Positions 58,698 to 64,000 of a stretch of 64,000 nucleotides of DNA are shown one piece after another. The position numbers and the translations under genes were made by a program. A model generated the notes under the pieces. It saw nothing but the letters and a program-made list of their open reading frames with translations. It was not told the origin of the DNA and did not search any database. This stretch comes from Dudresnaya verticillata (taxonomy: Eukaryota): contig OZ374558.1 in the NCBI GenBank assembly GCA_977862235.1, positions 2,108,001 to 2,172,000 of the forward strand, written 5' to 3'. Within the stretch, counting starts at the first letter, position 1; each line of letters starts with the position of its first letter.

Positions 58698-59135
58698 TTA
58701 AAATGACGCGCTCTCTTCGGTATCAGTATCATCGTCATCGAAACGCCAGATAGCCACGTCAAGATCCACGATCTCAGACTTCCTGGACTCGTCACAGTAC
58801 AAAACCAAAAACTGATTCGGCATGTAGGCAAATGTCGAGAAGAGTATTGCACGGTAGAACCGCTTATGCTTAAGACAATAAATCCTGAACATGTCGTTCG
58901 TGAGGGGCCTTTGTTTGGCGGGATCTTCATTTTCTTCCTTCCTTTCATTCTGGGCATCCATCTTGACCGCCAAGACCGACAGACGATTCTTGAGCTTACT
59001 AGAATGCTCAGAACTGGACGTTGTGTTCGGGCAGGACTTCTTGATGTTCCCGGAATGCGTTCCCCTCAGACTCAATGCCGGAGAAGTGTCCCTTCTGTCG
59101 TTGCGCGAGCAGTAGACCTCATTCTTGTCGTTCAT
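58698..59135 (-). CDS. Tudor-like small ORF (unit 3 copy)
   Basis: Same translation as unit 2 copy. Confidence 0.4.
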   Translation of the reverse strand: MNDKNEVYCSRNDRRDTSPALSLRGTHSGNIKKSCPNTTSSSEHSSKLKNRLSVLAVKMDAQNERKEENEDPAKQRPLTNDMFRIYCLKHKRFYRAILFSTFAYMPNQFLVLYCDESRKSEIVDLDVAIWRFDDDDTDTEESASF

Positions 59136-62100
59136 CGTGAAATGCAGGACTCCTTTTTTATCCGCAGTTATTTTGGTTGGAGTGGTTGTTCAACGGCACA
59201 GGGATTTTCAGTGGGAAGGCAAACAGTTGTTGAGAAAGGGCGCGAAGACGGACGGTCTACGCTTCGAGGCGGAAGGGAGAGCCGCCTTCATTTGGATTTC
59301 CAAAGAAGGCCATTTGGCATACCATCAATATGACGTTGATATTTTTAGTAAAAAAGCCATAAAAGTTACCTCAAAAATCTCAGGATTGCGTTCGCCGCGC
59401 GATGGCATTTCGATCTTTTCGTACGCCGCTTGGGCACCGCTCCTATCGCTCGCGCAGCCTTCCCGACGCCCTTCGAAAGCCACTCCCATTCTCCGCTCAA
59501 ACCTCTCCTTTCGTGCCGCATTCTTCCTCCCGGTGCCACCCTCTCCACACCGCCGGCTTTCCGCATGGACATCCCGTCCGTCACGCCGCCCTTCTTTCGG
59601 CGCATCTCTGTCAATAATCTCATGCCCGCGCTGCAGGCAGCCTTCAACGTAGTTGGCGCGGCCGATCCTTCCTCAGCCATGCCCATGCCGACGTCGCGGC
59701 GTACGTCTGTGGCATTGTGCGCGAGCTCGCGCAGCGCATTTATCTTGTACAGATACTGTTCTTTGCGGTGGGCATGCCCCAAGGATCACGCAGTTTGCTT
59801 TCATTCACTTTTGGGCAAACATCGCTTCGCTCCGTTGCCACCAAGAGCAGGCAGGCCGCGAACATCCGGGTTACTCTCAGCACTGCGCTAGAAATCCCCC
59901 TCTTCCAAGATCTGGCGCATTTGAGAACTGCCCAAGCAGCTTGAAGCAGATTCATTCCCTAATAGAAGGAGGACCCGAGTGCACGATGGTGAACAGCAAT
60001 GTTTTGCCTAAGGGCATCAGGACGACATCGGTTTTCGCGCCGCTGAGGGCACGATGCAGCAAAGTCAGGGGGCAGGCAACTCTCCGGGATATCACCTCGA
60101 AAATCCAAGATTTCTCAGTTTGATGGCATCCAGCTGAGCAAGACTCCGTCATAATCCTTTGCATTCTTTGCGAGTCACTGTTGTATCCGGACCAGCAAAG
60201 CAGGGAAAAACACGACGCGCACTCTACATATGGAAATGATGAAGGCCGAAGCGAACAGGATGCGTCCCAGCGAATGCTTAAATGGTGACGAAGAGCTCAG
60301 AACAGTCTTACGAAATCGAACTCATATCTGCTTCAGCGTTTCGTTCGAATCAACGTCTGTGACGCTGCCGGTGTACAGGAACTGCCCAAATCCCTCAAGA
60401 CGCATATCTGCAGTGATTTGCCCACATTTGTCGACGCACTATCGTTGGAGCCGTAGAAACCCGTAGAAACCCGTCGAGAGCTTTGGAGTTGTGCTTGGTA
60501 GCTGCGTTGCAACAGCTGACTTTGACCTCGGTGGTACTCTGCAGCTCAAAACTTGACAACATCTCTCCGGTGCTGTAGACAGGCAGATGGTTCATCGAGG
60601 GCGTTCCAATCTCGATCTGAAGAGGTTCGGCAGGTCATGAAGGAGTAGAATACGATCATTACGTGGTATTCTAGATCGGCTCTGAATATGAACTGATTGT
60701 GGCCTTGCGGTAGAGCTCGGAAGGCACACGGAGGAAAACAAGATGTTGAAGTTCTGCTTTTGCTGCAGATGAAGAAACGCATTGCCGCCGCTTGTTCCAA
60801 TTGCCGTCGCATGTGCGACTCGTGCCAAATCATGTTCGATACATTTTCGGCTCTTGTGGAACCTTCTTGATCTAGCGCCTTGGGTCAGACAGGAACTGTT
60901 GAAGGGAACCAGAATCCAGAAACAGCTGCAGTTCAAGGCATGGGGCACGTTTATTCGTGACGACATCTCTCCGCGGCCGTGCACATTTGATATCGTCGGG
61001 GAGCAACATAACACATTTCCGAAACCCAGCAGATGTATGATGGAAGATGTGATGTTGTATGTGTAGCAGTATGCTATCCATCGATGCAAAAGCAGGAGCT
61101 GTCGCTTTTTCTTGTAGCTCTCAAGTATCTAGCTGTGGAACGCGATGCTGACAAGTCCGTTCATGAGGAGCAGGGATATACTTTCTTGTGAAGGTTCCAT
61201 GGTACAGCGAAAGCGAGGGAGAAGAGAAGGCACGGAAAAATCTGCAGACACATTGGACTGAACGAGATCAAATGCGTGAGCCCAATCCGTGACCCACGGG
61301 ATGCCATCATGTCAACACCCAGTTACAGAAGAAGTCGTTTAAGATGGTTGTGCCTCGCTTGCCGAAGTCACAGTCACTGGAAGTTCCTTTTCTTTTTGTG
61401 GCCTGGAAGCAGCTTAGTAGAGCTCCTCATCACCCCCTATAAAGTTCCCCATTCTTCTCTTTAGAGTTTTAAATTGTTGATCTCGATGATGTGCACAACT
61501 CGAGAGTGAATAACAGAACCCGGACGGGCGCAGGGCAGGCAAACGAAAATCTATCTTTGACAGAACACCCCTCAATTCCTTTCATTTCTGGGTCAAATGC
61601 CCAACTCGATTAGTACACAAGTTTGTTGCTTCCTGACCGATCCCGAAATCATTCACATCCACATTAACACCGCTTGATGCAACTGAAGGAGGCCGCCAGA
61701 GAACGAAGCGATGCGCTATCTCATCCACGAGCCGGTAGCAGCTGTTTGGTAGAAGCATGTGAAAAGTATTTGGATGCTCGGTTGAGCATTGGAATCTGTA
61801 GCATACGCAGCTAGCCACAGTGAGGAAACTGCGATCTTACTATTTGGATTCGCTGTGTGTGACGCCATCCATAGCTGAAAGCATCTCAAGGAGATAGAGT
61901 ATTGTTGTGATGAATCCCGGGATCGGAGCGGACAGAGCGGGACCCTTGTGATTTATCAGAGGGATGCGGCGATTGGCAGTTCTTCTCAAGAGCTCTCTTC
62001 GTGGTTCTCCACAATCCTTACCTCCCGTCTATTCTCCAACGGCGTCCGGAATCTTACAACTGCCCGATGCAAGCGAAAGAGTCTTTCCGTGACTCAGACC

Positions 62101-64000
62101 CTCTCCGGGAGTTATAACTGCTTGTATACATGCACATTTGGCAAGCAGTCAGCACTGATCACGGCGGCGTGTAAATGGGGTAAACGTCACTTTACGAAGA
62201 AGACCTTTATTAAAGAACAAGAGAGAAGCCGAAAGCGATTTTTGTATATGAGAGAGAGAGAGACCTTTATTAAAGAACAAGAGAGAGAAGCTCCTTAAGG
62301 GGGATTAGGATACAGAGCTGAGCTACCGTAAAGAGGCGGAGGAGCAAGCTTGCGGCAGTTGACACTCACCGCGACGCATTGGAGAACACTTGTATATGGA
62401 GAAAATAAGCGAACGTAGAAACCAAGCTTCCCCGACCTGGCAGCGACCACATAAAAGTGAGCGCTCTGCGCAGTTGTGCAGGATGTAATGCTAGAGCCGC
62501 TGGCTTCGCAGGGACGCAATATGGAGGTGCAAAGCACTTGGGATTGAGAAATATACCGTGAGGCGTGCTGAGGCGTGCTGAGGCGCGCAGAGATGCGCTG
62601 AGCGACGGAGGCGGTTCGGAAGACGACGTGCTTCGAACTTGAGCCAATCAGACGGTGCAGATCTTCCTGTTAAGACACCTGTCGCACAATATGTCCAACC
62701 AAATGTGCCCATTGCGGGACGGCGCATGTGCTCCGCTTGACACCGCTGCCGGCGGAAAATGCACCGCCGCGGGAGAAGAAGAAACAGACAGAAAAGAACG
62801 GCCGAGGCGCCGGCGACAAAAGCAACTTGCGCGCCCTGTGTCGCTGTGAGGAAATGCACCACGTTTGCGTTTATTTCTCAACCGCTCCGTGTCCGCTGTG
62901 CTGCAGTCGCTCAAACGCGTCACACCTGCCGCCGTCCCACTCTATGCAGCAACACCGAATCCCGATTCCGGCACCCCACGCCAGTGTGCTGAACCGAGAA
63001 AGCCCTCAACACATCCGCGCGCATCCGCTCATCCGATCCTCGCGCATCGGCGCTATGTTCGCCCACCCGCGGCATGCGCTGCTCACTCGGCCGATCGCCC
63101 CTCCAGCACTTGACGCCAATTCAACCACCGAGCGCGCACCGCCCTCTGCAGTTCCCACCTCACTGCTCTTCTTTCCTGCCCCGCCCAACCCCACTGAGGC
63201 CGGGGCTTAAGGCGCAGCAGCGGTGTTTCCCGCCCAGCGCACGATACCCCAACGGATCTACGGGCTCGAACCACACATCTTGCGACACCTTCCCATCAGG
63301 AAGCCAACGCCTTCTTCAAAATATTCGTCTCGACGCAGAACCAGGATGTATCTTTGCGAACAATGTCCCCGACCGCATTGATTCTGCAGCGCGATTGGAA
63401 TCGGCACCAGATCGTGAGCAGCTGCCTTCCTCTCTCCGTGCCGGATCGATGAAGAAGTCCCTCCCTCTACGCAGGAGGGGCGCCAGGATCACACTTTGTG
63501 GAATGCGCATTTCGGCCATATCGAAACGCATCTTTCCTGGGAGGTGGTCTTCGAGATAGTGGTGATACTGGAGCTTGTCCTGCGCTAGCTCCGTCTGACC
63601 TGCTTCGAGAAACGGCGGGAGAAGTATAGCTGTTAGCGTCCTTTTGTCCGGATTTGGAGCGTCGGTCATGATGAACAAGGTTTGGTGCATCTCGGCGACC
63701 AGGTTGCGCGGATCCAAGAAGTTCGATTTTGTTCGGTCCAATTCTGTCGATAGACGGCTGTGTTTGGTGGGGTGATCTTCATCGGTCATCTTGGTTGTTG
63801 GGCAGTGGGAGGTGCGTGCCTGTACTTCTATCCCGCGTGCGCAGTAACAGGCGAGCATTAACTTCGTTACCATACGCCTTGGAGCATAAACCCAAGCACA
63901 TCATTGACAAGACGCGCTCTCTTCGGTATTATCGTCATCGAAACGCCAGATGGTCACGTCAAGATCCATGATCTCAGACTTCCTGGACTCTTCGCAGTAG

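Larger units (their letters stand above)
30055..64000. repeat. Tandem segmental array: units 30055-40676, 40677-51460, 51461-62245, 62246->end
   Basis: ORF track repeats with offsets 10622, 10784 and 10785-10787; removing TEs gives a 6,042-bp ancestral unit. Confidence 0.98.

Overview
Eukaryotic, intron-poor nuclear DNA; a red alga is my inference, not a database result. The first ~28 kb holds six single-ORF genes: a GRDP/DUF1399-like + SUMO-like fusion, a secreted/membrane protein, a 2xRRM RS-rich protein, a C2H2 zinc-finger protein, and two kinases (MAPK-like, CK1-like) with degenerate catalytic motifs. They sit among decayed non-LTR retrotransposons, microsatellites, a telomere-like (TTTACGG)n tract, a perfect 38-bp hairpin and a tRNA-headed SINE candidate. 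From ~30.06 kb to the end is a tandem array with a 6,042-bp ancestral unit. Unit 1 carries a Ty1/copia element that has no TSD and replaces 226 bp. Units 2 and 3 each carry the same full-length 4.73-kb CRE-like (RT + restriction-like endonuclease) retrotransposon with a 10-bp TSD. This family is the most notable system. It has two ORFs joined by a TAATG stop/start overlap, an unrecognised ORF1, an RMD nuclease motif, a ~45-nt 3'UTR with a covarying stem-loop, a (TC)n tail, and a 5' leader resembling a host secreted-protein mRNA.
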